The position numbers and the translations under genes were made by a program. Positions 38,165-50,600 of a stretch of 64,000 nucleotides of DNA are shown piece after piece. The stretch is from Selaginella moellendorffii. Taxonomy: Eukaryota; Plantae; Lycopodiophyta. Within the stretch, counting starts at the first letter, position 1; the number at the start of each line of letters is the position of its first letter. Under the pieces are notes generated by a model that had not been told where the DNA came from, searched no databases, and was given only the letters and a program-made list of their open reading frames with translations. The DNA is taken from the NCBI RefSeq assembly GCF_000143415.4, contig NW_003314293.1:1741610-1805609 (forward strand), read 5' to 3'.

Positions 38165-39397
38165 TCCACGTGGAGAGACACGAGTCTTCACCGGTCACAC
38201 ATATGTACATTTTCATTCCATATATGCTATGACGGATCTTGAGCACCATCACACGGTTTCACCTTTCGTTAGACACATGTTTACCGCTTATGGCACTGGA
38301 AGGCTCGGTATTCTGTAAGCTTGCCTGCTCAAACGCTAGTCACCATGACTGAATGTTTGTAACTTTGCAGGTTTCATTGTCGAGAGTACCCCGAGTATGA
38401 CAAGAACAGCTTTGCCTTGAACCTCGGCTATTGCCAAACGGGTAAGCGAATGCCTCAATGCAGCGCCTTACAGCATTTGACAGGATCATTCGTTCCTTAC
38501 GACAGCAGCATGAACTTAAGAAACATTATCTGGCTTGCGCCAATGCCGTCGTGTACCAGCCACAAATGCTCGACTAAATGGCTCGCACCAGGCTAACTCT
38601 TGGACTTGCAAATATACTAACATCGATCAAAATTTGCTTGAACTCGTTGCAGGTGCGCTCTTCATCTTGGATGCCAAGCCTGGTGGCGTTGTGTTTAAGG
38701 AGCTCGTTTTGGAATGGGTTGATGTGGTCAGAACCATCTACGAGAGTAAGTGTGTTTGCGTTCCTAGCTGATAGATTCACTGCACTGTGTCTCTTTATTT
38801 TTGTTTCAGGCGATTTTGGGAGAACTGTGATTGATGTTAATTATTTCAACGTGGAGGGTTGTCAAATCTTCCTCACATAGTTGTATTGCCATGAGCATTG
38901 ATGCCGATTTGGAAGAGCATTTGTTTGCTTTCATGTTGATGATGCAGCATTGTGAAGGTACCATGAGTGAAAAACCACGGCAAAAGTGAAGATTTTTCCC
39001 ATGAAGTTAGTGGGTATTTGGTCTAGTGCAAGACCGGTCTGCTAAAACAGGAGCTTCTTGCGATTCCAAGCGTCTTGTTGTTGGCTGTGACCCCTTCATT
39101 CCAGGCAAACACCGAGTTCTAAGCAGGAATCTCTCTGCGTCTTCCAGGTCTCGCTATATATTAGTAGCGGATTTCTCACGGTGGAGCGCGAGTCAGCTCC
39201 CACCTCAAATGTACAACCTCCACACTCGAACAAGCTGCTTACGGGCAGAGTCCTCGACCGTTGGACATGCACCCCGATCAAACTGGCCGCAGTGCCTTAT
39301 GAATGCTAACGCGAGAAAGAGAAAAATGATTGCTCCGTTCTTTACGCAAGGGTTCAATCTTTCTCCATTGTCGACTCCTTTAGGCCCTCTTTTGACA

Positions 39398-39574
39398 ATG
39401 CAGGCAGGTCTTGGTGATGAAGATGACATTCTGGAGACAGTTCTCAGTTTTGTGGACTTGGCCACACTTTGCGGGTGCTCTGTTGTTCAGAAGTCATGGA
39501 AGTCCATCATCAGCAATCCAACATTTCGCCTCCGCTGGTGTCAAAACAGTGGTGAGAAGGAAACCTTTGACTAG
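39398..39574 (+). pseudogene. F-box domain fragment, unit 2
   Basis: DEDDILETVLSFVDLATLCGCSVVQKSWKSIISNPTF followed by the same stop as in unit 1. Confidence 0.7.
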
Positions 39575-41028
39575 CTCTGTCTGCGAAACCCACCACATTT
39601 TCGCCTTGAGTCCATCATGGCCAACCCACCATTACCTGCAGATGCATTAACTTCAATAACCGATGGAGGCAATGAAAACTCGGGGCTTGGTATGCAGCCT
39701 ACCCCCAGCTGAAACACATCCTCAGAGCGATCCAAGCCTTGCATGGGCTCCATTGGTGAAATTCAGTGACCTCAGAGTGGAGCCAACTACTACCTTTCCA
39801 TTGGGGAGACACGCAAGTAAGTAGGAGCTTCCCAAAGACTTGATACAGGGAGGTTGAAACTTCACTCTATGGTGCGAAGCATTAAGGTGCTAAACAACAT
39901 CACATGGGAGGAAGTTTTCACCTCATTGCTTCGCATGCATCAAAACAGTGTGACATTAATGAATCTGAATACAAACAGCTGCAATATCTAAATCCTCATC
40001 CAGCTGATCTGTGCAATTGGTGTGAAGATCCGGTGATGTCCCAACAATTGTAGTGGGATCCACTTCCTAAAAGGAGATATGGTAGGAAGGTAAACAAAGT
40101 TGCATGGGGAGAATTGTTTTCAAACTATACACCAATTGGAATGGAGAGAGCTTCTTTGTTGTCTGGGTTTTTAAAGGTGATCCATTATGTTAAATTAATG
40201 ATGGTACCTTAGATCTTTGAGAGTTTGCTCATTGAAGTTTTGAAAAAGTTGTAACATTCATTTAATATAACTTTTTAGTGCATCCATTAGCACTTAGAAT
40301 AAATTGTTGGATAGATAAGAATCAATCTTTACTACAGTCCAGCAAGCAGCAAGAATTTAAATAAGACTTCTATGCTACTAGTATTGAAAGTTTTGCTTCG
40401 CTAATCCTCACAATGCTTGTCCTATTACAAGAACGACAAACTAATAGGGGAAAAAATCCAAGGATGAAGAAATGTCATGCAGAATCAGAAAACATTCTTC
40501 TGCCATTGCCACATGTTGATCTGATGTTTTTGTTATTGTACATACTTGCTACATTAGAAGCTTCAGAATCCTTAAATGGCGCTTGCAGTGATTCCCATTA
40601 CTCGAGATCCAGATGCCAAGCAAAACACAAGATGTAGAAAATAATTTCCAGCCACTTAGAAGTATATACTTCACTGCTTTGGCAATTGCAGAAGTGGTAC
40701 AATTCACAACTTATGCCAGTGCCGGAGGCTGCGAGCAATGCAAAATGCTGAAACAGCACAGCAACAATAGTCTACTTCGAGCAGTACAGAGTCAAAAGAT
40801 TTATTGTGACCTTTTACCAAAATGTAACTCCTCTTTTTTTCTTCTTACTCTTTTGGTTGGGCTTAAACTTTACATGGCTTTTCATGTTGTGCAAGGCCAT
40901 GTGGACTCAGAGGAAAGCTGATACTAGATGGGATGAAAATTTTAATGATGAAAAGAGTAAATTGAAAGTACTATATTTTGACAGACCCATAAGATTGGAT
41001 GCCTGGGAAAAAGGTGTTTTAGGGTTTA

Positions 41029-43757
41029 ATGGAGAGCGTCTGCGACGACGGCAAGGAGCGCTTGCGGGATCTTTGCGGGTCTGACTATGAGCGCCTCCAG
41101 CGGCAAGGCTATTCGGTCTCCAGGTTGTGGACGGCCGATGTACGTGAGATTTTCTCCTTGTTTCCAGGAAATCTTAATCTCGCATGCCAAATATATGCGC
41201 AGTTCAACTGTAAGTTCTTTCGCTGTTTCTTTAGGCTACTGTTCTTTTTGCATTTACTGTGCAGTAGAGGCTCGCGGCACCAAGATCATGGACCTAGTGG
41301 CAAAGAAAGAAACACGAGACCCCAAGCTGCTACGGTGGATAAAGGAGAGGTTGGAGTATGTTTCGTGCGGGTGGCTGCGTCAATGTGAAAGGCTCCTCAT
41401 GCAGAAGCCGATAGGTGAAAGTTCAGTGTTTTTGTCTGGTGCTCGAGTATTCTTTTGCTTGTGCCTGTGCAGAGAACACTAGGCCTGATCGTGATCGTTT
41501 GTGGCACGAGATTAATACGGAAGTGGCGATGAAATCGTTACGGAGGGAGTACGTTGGGGAGGCCCATAAGATATTGTACAAGGAGCTGTGTAAGTTGAGG
41601 AACGAATGCTCAAAGAGTAAGTCTTGAATTCTTCTGTTATTGTGGCTTATAGCACTGGCTATTGTGTAGACCAGCACTACAGCTGCTATACCTCCATAGT
41701 ACAGGGTTCTGGCACGGGGAAAACACGCGGGGTGATACAGATGTCGCGCCTGGGAGTGTATATTTGCTATTGCAGCACGGCGGCAGCAAACAGTAGCGCC
41801 TGTCCTCCTCGAACTGGGGAGCTTGCCAACCAGCTCAGCCGAACGAACAGCGAGTTGGAGATGGCGCTATACTTCAAAGCGTGGCTTTTTGTCCTCCATG
41901 AGACGGTGAAGGGTGAGAAGATGAGCTCAGTGCAGTGGATGGATTCACAGATGCATTCGTCCAGTATTGCGGAGGCCGTGCACAAGAAATGGCTTGAATT
42001 GATCAACAGCAGAGCTGTAGAGGAAATTTGTGAGTCACCGGATGCCAGGAACGAGAATCTACTCCAACGAGAGCTTGAAAACTTGAAGGATGTACTGCCG
42101 GAAGAGGGGGAGGTGCAGGTGCTTTTTGTTTTTGATGAAGGTCGCGGTCTCTTACCGAATGGGGAAAGCACCTTCAGTATGGCACAATCGCCGTTTTACC
42201 AGATGAGGCGAGTGGCGAGAGCTTTCTTCACACACAAGAAATACTTTGCAGTTGTCATTGATACGATGTGGAGTATCAGTAATCTGCAGCACGAGGACCA
42301 GTCGAGGAAAGGTAATATCCTGGGTTTGCGGCTTTTAAGGCCTATTCATCAGGTGGTGAATATGGACCTTGTTCCTCGGACTACGGATTTGTCTCCAGCT
42401 CAGTTGTTCAGGTATGGAAGGCCCCTATGGAGTAGCCGCCTTGACAGCAATCCAAATGTGTGGAGCCTCCTCGATCTTGCGGAAGCCAAGCTGGTTGGGG
42501 TGCTGCACGGGGACTTTCAGGGGCAAGCTGTGGACGTTTGTGGTTCTACCGGAAAGGTACAGATGGCTGAGAGCCAAGCGTTGGCCTTGCTTTCAGCATC
42601 AGCGGGCCTGGAGATATGCCCGCGGAGTGCGCAAAGCCAGCTTCTTGTCGCTTCTCACATGAGTATCCTTACGTTCATCTCCCTCGATCGTACGAGAGTG
42701 CATATCAGTCAGCCCGTGGAGCCCGTTGTGAGTGAAGCGGCCGCTAGGATTCTCAACCGCAAGAGTGGCGAGCCTCTAGAAGTTGCTCTAGGGCTGTTCC
42801 TGAACGGCTGCTACAATGGGTATGTGGATGCTGGACATCGGGGGGAATTCATAGTGAAGCTCATCTTGCTGCAAGCTTGTTGGAGCTTGTACAAGGGTGA
42901 ATACTACCTACGCCGCATTCCTCTCCGGGATTATATTGGACGATTGCTGGGCTGGGGGGAGGCACAGGTTGACGAGGCATGCAGCGGCCTGGATGAATCC
43001 GCTGCCGTCTTTTTTAACAGTTTTATGCTGGTTAAGCAGGGGCAGTTGACACCCGAGATATTGGCAGCTGCGTTCATGAGAGGCTGTGCAATCATGTACA
43101 AAGCCAACAATAACGTCCGAGGTTATGACATTGTTATTCCGGTCTGGACTTCCTTGGGGATGACTGCGCTGCTCGTTTCGGTTGAGAACAGTAAAAAGTG
43201 TGGGTGGCTCAACAAAGCTTCTACGACTGCGTTGAGGCCGAGGCTCATGCAAGTCTCAGGAATCGAAATCAAAGTGGTGACGGTCCTCATTAATGTCCAA
43301 GAACCAAAACATAAAGAGCCACTGCCAACAAAGTTATGGAAGAAGGATGAGATGCATAGGTCTTACTCGCAGGGTGACGAAGCTTATGGCAAGAAAACGG
43401 AGCCTGTTGCGCACATAACAGTTTATGGTCTCGAACACAACTTTCGTTTCCTTGGTGCTGAGACGAAGAGACTTCTAGCTGAACTTTCAATTGCCGTGCC
43501 GGATACGGAGGTGGAGGCTGGAAAGAAATCAGAGGAAGCGAAATCATGGCTCCATTTGCTGCTTCCTGACACGTATAAGCTTCCAATTCCAAACGTCTCT
43601 GACATTAAGGAGCTTGGTAAGACATATTCGTGATTCCCATGATATCATGATGCGACATTTCTTCAATTTTACAGGTGATCCGCGACAGAAGCGCCCAATA
43701 GATGCCACAGAAAAGTTTGCGGACGATTTCCAACAGAAACGCCCAAAGGTTACCTGA
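41029..43757 (+). CDS. Intact 5-exon CR/Crinkler-like protein (~834 aa): SAM-like header, P-loop NTPase, REase-like fold, C-terminal NLS
   Basis: Exons 41029-41209, 41265-41414, 41473-41616, 41670-43616 and 43675-43757 sum to 2505 nt, with four phase-1 GT-AG introns of 53-58 nt. Motifs YTSIVQGSGTGKTR, VLFVFDE, GRPLW, EPVVSEAA, GHRGEFIVKLILL, GYDIVIPV..LLVSVEN, QKRPKV. The family assignment is from recognised motifs, not a search. Confidence 0.8.
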
Positions 43758-44635
43758 GAAAAGCAAGATTGTGGCCAGGTCGTTTAGAATACTAAGCATG
43801 TAGTAGTCCTATGATTCCTTTAAGGGTGCAGGATAGTCCACTTTGAATTTCTGAAATTTTAAGTGAGTTTATAGTATATATCTTACTCAAAAATATATTA
43901 TATTTTAAATAATCATTAATCAATGGGAAGTTAGTAGATAATTAGTTACCTCAAATGGTCTACACAACAGAAGGATTTATATATGTAGTGCAGAAATGGG
44001 CTAATTCTAAAAGCATGAAGCAACATTAGAAGAATCCCAAATCAACTCAAATCTTAATACAGATATATTTCACACTTCACTTATCAAATTTTTTGAAAAG
44101 GTTTATCTCATGAACAATCTACAAAAGATTAAGCACAAGATTTTGTCTTTAAATGTGTATGACTACCTGTAAATTATATGATCTTTATTTTTGTGTCATG
44201 AGTATATTGTAAATAACCAAAAAGAACAATTCGATAAACAATTTATAAAAAAAGCTTATGAACAAAAGTGCACCTTTTTTTCAATTAATTAAAGGTGTTG
44301 GGATACTTGTGGTTAAGATTTCTTTAATTTGAGTAATACTAGGTTGGGTGACTTCATGGGAAGTCCAAATTCAAGAGCTTACATTTAGCATAAAAGAAGT
44401 CTCAAATTCAACTCTTTTGGTTGGCTACACCACATGCTAACATTGATATTGGTAGATTTAATTTGTCTCTATCTAGGCTTGACCCAAGAGGGTGTCAAGT
44501 AGGGAAAGTTGTAGCTCTCAACTTTTATTCATGAAGGGATAAACTTATAAAAAAGCGTGATGAATTATAAATAACCAAAGGGAATGATTTGAAAAATAAT
44601 TTATAGAGGTTTAAATATAAAGGAATATGACTCAT

Positions 44636-47600
44636 TAGAGAGGTATATGCATTTTGCATCGTGATTTTCGCACAAAGGCATTTCCTAAGTCAAGAATTGA
44701 GATTAAGATTTCTCCCGGTCTAAATTTCTGACTTGGATCACTGGGCATATAGTGGTTATATAAGTTGGTGATAGCACACTAGACCTATCCCCTTTCTATC
44801 CTTTTATATCCTTGGCCATAATAATATACACTCAACTTGCTCAACATTTACTCTTCTCTTCCATGCCTATCTTACTCACTACTTTTTGGGGATTAAGGCT
44901 GTGAGATGCACATCAATCTTAGCATTAACATCTTTGTAATAACATATAGCTAAGTATTTCTTTCCTTTTTATGTTTGTATTTAGTTTAGATTAGAGAGGA
45001 TTCACAAAATCATTGTAGAGGTGATTTTGTAGTTCTCCACTTTGGTGACCACGGTAGGATAGGCAAAGTGAAGAGCACCCAAAGAACAAATACTTGAAGC
45101 CTTAGCCACAACTAAAAGAAGAAGCTGAAGTCAAGAATCACGAAAAGAAGAAAACCGACAAAAGTCTACAATAAGAGGCATGGCAATCATGCTAAAGACC
45201 AAGTGCTTAAAGACTATGATCATTTAGTGATCACCCACTTCTCAAAAAGTCTAAGCATCTTCCATAACTGTTTTTTGGCGAGAGGTTGAAAACGAAGAAT
45301 ATTCTACACATCAGAATATTTGAAGAATCTCCGACAAGAAATCAAAGCAAGCAAGTGTTAACGAGCATGAAAACATGAAGAACACTTGAAGATTGAAGCC
45401 ACCCAAGTCATGGAAAACTTGGAGTGTGAGCGTAATTATTTTTAATGAGAGGTTGAAGAAAACGAATATTTCAAGAATCTGCGACAAGGAAATGACCAAA
45501 GAAAAATTCTAGCAGCTAGCGATGGAGGAAGAATGAAAAAGCATGACTGCCCATTTGGAGACACAAGCTGTACAAGATATAGAAACTGCCTTTTATGTGG
45601 TTTCAGAAATTATGCAAAACCATACAAGTAATGCTATCCAAAATGGCGATGCAACACTTGCAAGCAAGTGAAAGCAAAACTCTGAATTATGGATGAAAAT
45701 GCCACAGTAGAAGAGAGAAAGAAACGAAAAGAAATAGCCCAAGAAGACGATATCAAAAAGAGTAACAATAGTTTAGAAAAAGAAGAAAAACAAAGTTTTG
45801 GTTGCTTTCAAAAACTTCAAAAAAGACTTTTGCAACTCTTTTACAAATTGTCTAGCAAATAGGAAGAATGCGAAAATGAGGAAATGTTGAAAGAAAAATA
45901 TGTTTACTTCGATTTCTTTGCAACTCGAAGAACCCTGACTTGGGTGTATCGCGGACACATCTTTCAACAAATAATTATTGAATTCCTAAGCATACGTAAA
46001 CATAAAACTTTTCAACCATTAACACTTGTTTTCAACATTGATTTGACGAGAGTTTTAGCAGTAACAGAGTGTGGAACCTTTGAACCATAAATTTGTTGGT
46101 TTGTTGACACACTTAGATTTAAAGATTTTGAAGAGAATGCAAAATTACTTTATCAACTTCTTCAAAGTCCTCTAAGTGTAATGCTACCAACAAGCACTCT
46201 TAATGAACTATACACTATAGCATATTGGCATCGTTTAGGACAGACAAGAATAGCTGGAGAATTAAGGAATCAAGAACAAGGTAATTAACAAATTCAAATT
46301 GGGAATTTGAGTTCAAGAAACCGACGGGAACCTGAACTTATGACAAGTTCAAGGGAACATCTTGAAAGCTCAAGGATTACGAATCGAAGGAGGAGAAATT
46401 TAAGACGGAATCACAATGGGTCAAGATTAAATACAATAACAAACTTCAACTTTGATACTAAGGTCTAACGTTGAAACCCTGGCTTAGAAATACATATCAC
46501 TTGCAACCAACAAGGAAGAGTGCGTCTAAGAAATCTCAACATTTTAAGGAGTATTTTAGGAGATCTTGTGTCAAGATTACAAACTTATAATGCAAGAATA
46601 TTAATTGAGACTATACCTTGGAAAGTTCACAGAGCGATTGACTCTAATCGTGAAAAAGAATGTGCTATACGATAGAGGGAAGTAGAACAAAACTAGCAAG
46701 TATAGCATCAGGGAAATGCACCATCACAAAATTGACCATAGAGAAAAGGGCACTAGATAGATTTGTGCACACATAGTCTTAAAGCAACAAAAATCTGTTG
46801 GAAACCATACTTTGACGTGTGGATGTAACTTGAGACAAGAAACATACAAGAATTAAGACATTAAAAATACAACCACTACTGTATTCAGCATTTTCAAATC
46901 TTACCAATGACTAGGAAACACAATAGCTCATAATGAGAGCTTGCATTCCAAAACAACCAACACATTGTAAGAGATTAAAACAATTGTTCAAGATTGGACT
47001 ACTAGAGAGAATTGTAATCGTTTGCATGCCTGCTCGATCCCAAAGTTGGCGAGCAGTATCCAAATTTACTAGCAAATAGCTAAATCGATCAATTTATGAC
47101 AAAACAGACCTCCTTCCAACAAACAAAATTGTGCTTATTTACACCATCAGATTTTTCAAATACAAGACTTTACCTGAGCTAGACTCAGGAAAGTGACCTT
47201 GAGACGAAACTCGGGAAGAATCGAGAAAGAAAAACTTGATTGAAGACTCAAGACACAAAAGCTTGACTTCACATTTATACAACAAAACCAAACTTGCAGA
47301 AGACTCAAGACACAAGAACTTGACTTTGCATTTATACTACAAAACCAAACTTGCAAAAGACTCAAGACACAAGAGCTTGACTTTGCAATCTATGAAGAAT
47401 AACAATTGACTCAAGATCACTTAGGCAAAACACAAATTCAGGAAACTTACCTCGACATTTAAGTTAAGAAGACTTAGCAAACTGAATGTATAAACAGAAA
47501 CCAGACCCAATCAAGAGCTGGGAAAGAGATCTTCAACAAAAGAATCGAGAAGTGAAAAAGGAAGAGGTAGTAAAAGAGAAATTAGAACAAGAACAGCAAC

Positions 47601-50600
47601 AAATTTTAGAAATGATTTTAAACAAGTACGACAAAGAGGATAAACAAATTCAAGTTGCCGAGTTGAGCAACCCAGTCAAAGATAACAAAGAACTGAATAT
47701 CGAAGACACCCTAGAGTTTGAGGCATTTGAAGAAGTAGAATACACAACACTAGAGTTTTACTTAAATCTAGACTCACTAGAACAACAACTCAACCAACAA
47801 AGTCTACAACCACCTATGGCAATCATCAACCCGATGAGTACAATTGGAAGCATGATTACATATCCAATTTTCACAGGTAGTAAGTCAGAAGATTCAGAAT
47901 TACATGTAAAACAATTCAACCAAATTGTCAAGATGAACAATCAAAAATAGCATCAAGCCATACTTTTCCTATACACACTTAAAGGAAAAGCTCTTGAGTG
48001 GTATAATACTCTAGAGGATTTTGTACCACATGATGAGAAACTTGAACAATTCAAGGAACAATTCCCAGTCAAAAGAACACAGAGGAGCATTATGAGCAAA
48101 TTAAAAATATAAAACAGTGACCAAAGGAAGGAATTCAAGACTATACTAGATGATTCAAATTACATGCAAAGAAATGTAAAGATCTCATCACCAACAAAGG
48201 CAAGAATTTGTCTTATACACAAGGATTACAAGAAGCCTATCGCAACATGATAGCCTTGGCTGATACATCTGATGAAAAAAGTGTCGATTCACTGTCTCAA
48301 GGAATCTTAAAACTTGAGAAACAGTTTAAGCAATTCACTAAAGGTGAATCTTCTCATGCTAATGATGACTCGGATGATGAAGAGGAAGAAATACTAATCA
48401 AAACCCAAAAAGAAGCAAACATAAGGAAAAGATATTAGACATGTATTGAAGAAGTTAGCTTCAACTGAACTTAAACAAGGAGTCTTTTGTACAAAATGCA
48501 AAAATGAAGGACATTTTGTTTCAAACTATAAAATTCCATTTACCCAAATGTCAGATTTGTGATAGAGAAGGACATATAGCCAAGAATTGTCAATATACAA
48601 ATATCACCGAAGTTTCAAGAGTGGAAAATGTTCAATGAGGACCATCATGACAAAATTATCAAGGAAACAACAACAAAAAACAAAGACCACCAAGAAACTA
48701 TTATTACCAAGATAATCAACAATATAATCAAGGATATAATCGTGGATATAATCCCCCACAAAATCAAAACTATAGTCAAGGACAAAATAATTATAGAGGC
48801 AATTACAATCAACAACGATATAATGGACAACTAAACAATTATCAACGTCCAAAGGGAACAACTACAACCAAAGCCAACAAAGGCAATATAACAATTACAA
48901 CAATCAAGCATCGCAACAAAATTATCAACCAAGACAAAATTAACCACAAGAAAATCAAACTAGACAACAATACAATCCACAAAACCAAAGAGTCAATCAA
49001 ACTCTTGCTGAAAGACCACCAGCAGCACAAGTAGTTCAAGCAAAAGTTGATGTAAAAGATGAAGAACAACTAATGACTAAAGAACCAGAAGTTTTGGCAA
49101 TCACAAGAACACAATATGAATGTCAACAACTTGATAATTATGAAGAACAAGATGAAAGTGATCACGCATTAGAAATTGAGAATACCAAGTGGAAAAAGAG
49201 TAAGAAAATACTTAACACCATTCAACAAAAGCTTCAAAACAAAGATCCCAAAATTATTAATGATCAAATATACAATCAAGACACAAACTCAAGTATTAAA
49301 CTTTACTCAAGATGAGCATACAACCATTGCCGAGCACATACTATAGCAAGGAATTACTTTAACCCTACAACAAATATTGCAAATAGCACCATATATGAAA
49401 GACCAAATCTTAAAGATATATAATTAAAGGATCTCTGAAGCTCGCACACAAGAAAAACACCAATCTCAACCAACACAACAAAAACAAGCTGAAAGAATCC
49501 AACCCGGTGATTATGATGATAATGTACCTTGTATCAACGTACACATTGGCAAAAATCATATTGAAAGAGCTATCCTTGATGGAGGTTCTAGGGTTAATAT
49601 CATCAAATATACACTATGCAAAGTTTTAGGACTGAGTAATATACAAACTGCACCATTCAATGTACGCATGGCTAATCAAAGAGTTGTCAGATCAGCAGGC
49701 ATCATCCGTGATATCTCTATGACAATCAAAGGACATAAATTTAAAGTTAACTTTGTTGTGTTAAAAATGCCAATTAAAGAATCTTCTTACAAAATCTTGT
49801 TAGGCAGACCTTGGCTTAACACAGTTGTTTCTACACAGTATTGGATGGAACATGAGATATGTATCCAATCCCAACAAAGCAAAAAAATCTCAAGAAGTTT
49901 CTGACCAACACAAGTTCAAGAATATAATTAACAAGAAGGCTTAGATGATCTTGAAGAAGCTAAATTATTTGAAGCATATCCTGAACTTAAGGCAATTCAA
50001 GAAATTGGCTTCAACAGAATACTTCCTGTAACCAAGTGTCAAGACTATGAAGATTCAAAACAACCCAATTTAAAGAAGACATATACAACAAAAACCACCA
50101 TACAAAAAGCAAGACCAGCGATATAACTAGAACAACTATAAACTATAGAATATCACCTAGATATACAAGACAAACCAGCACTCACCACTGAAAATCAAGA
50201 ATTCAAACTTTGCATAAATATCAATGAAGATATTAAAGAATTAAATCTAGGGGTTCCCTCAAACCCACAAAACGTCTTAATAGCTATACAACTCGACAAA
50301 CCTTTTAAACTTGATGCTATTGCGCTCCTTACTAAGTATAAAGATGTTTTTACTTGGTCATATAAAGACGTCAAGGGTATACCACCTAATTTATATACAC
50401 ATTGAATCAAATTACTTCCAAGAATTCGACCCATTAAACAAACTGCTTACGATCCAACATTCACTGAGAAAGTAAAAGTTGAAATCAATAAACTCCTTGA
50501 AGTAGGATTTATATATCCAATACAAAATGCCCAATGGCTATCACCTTTAGTCATTGTACCCAAGAAAAATGGGAAATTACGCATCTATGTGAACTACAAA

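Larger units (their letters stand above)
33750..38273 (+). mobile_element. Near-intact Ty1/copia LTR retrotransposon with short LTRs
   Basis: LTRs 33750-33888 and 38134-38273. TSD CACAT (33745-33749 / 38274-38278), with the empty site at 25331-25335. PBS TGGTATCGGAGC at 33889, PPT AGTGGGAG before 38134. Domain order gag-PR-INT-RT-RH. Confidence 0.97.
33046..38880 (+). pseudogene. Conserved plant unknown-function gene, copy 2 (pseudogene, copia inserted in an intron)
   Basis: MEGQ..RRRRYYCRRCAAEM N-terminus. 1-nt deletion near 33320. Donor GT>GCT near 38592. Same downstream exons as copy 1. Confidence 0.75.
21615..44635 (+). repeat. Tandem segmental array, ~8.3-kb unit (partial unit 0 ~21615-23054; unit 1 ~23055-31322; unit 2 ~31323-44120 including the copia; start of unit 3 to 44635)
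   Basis: Near-identical ORF translations recur (28766 vs 41624; 26081 vs 39026; 21904 vs 27505 vs 40413). The offset of 12858 minus the 4529-bp copia+TSD is ~8.3 kb. Confidence 0.93.
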
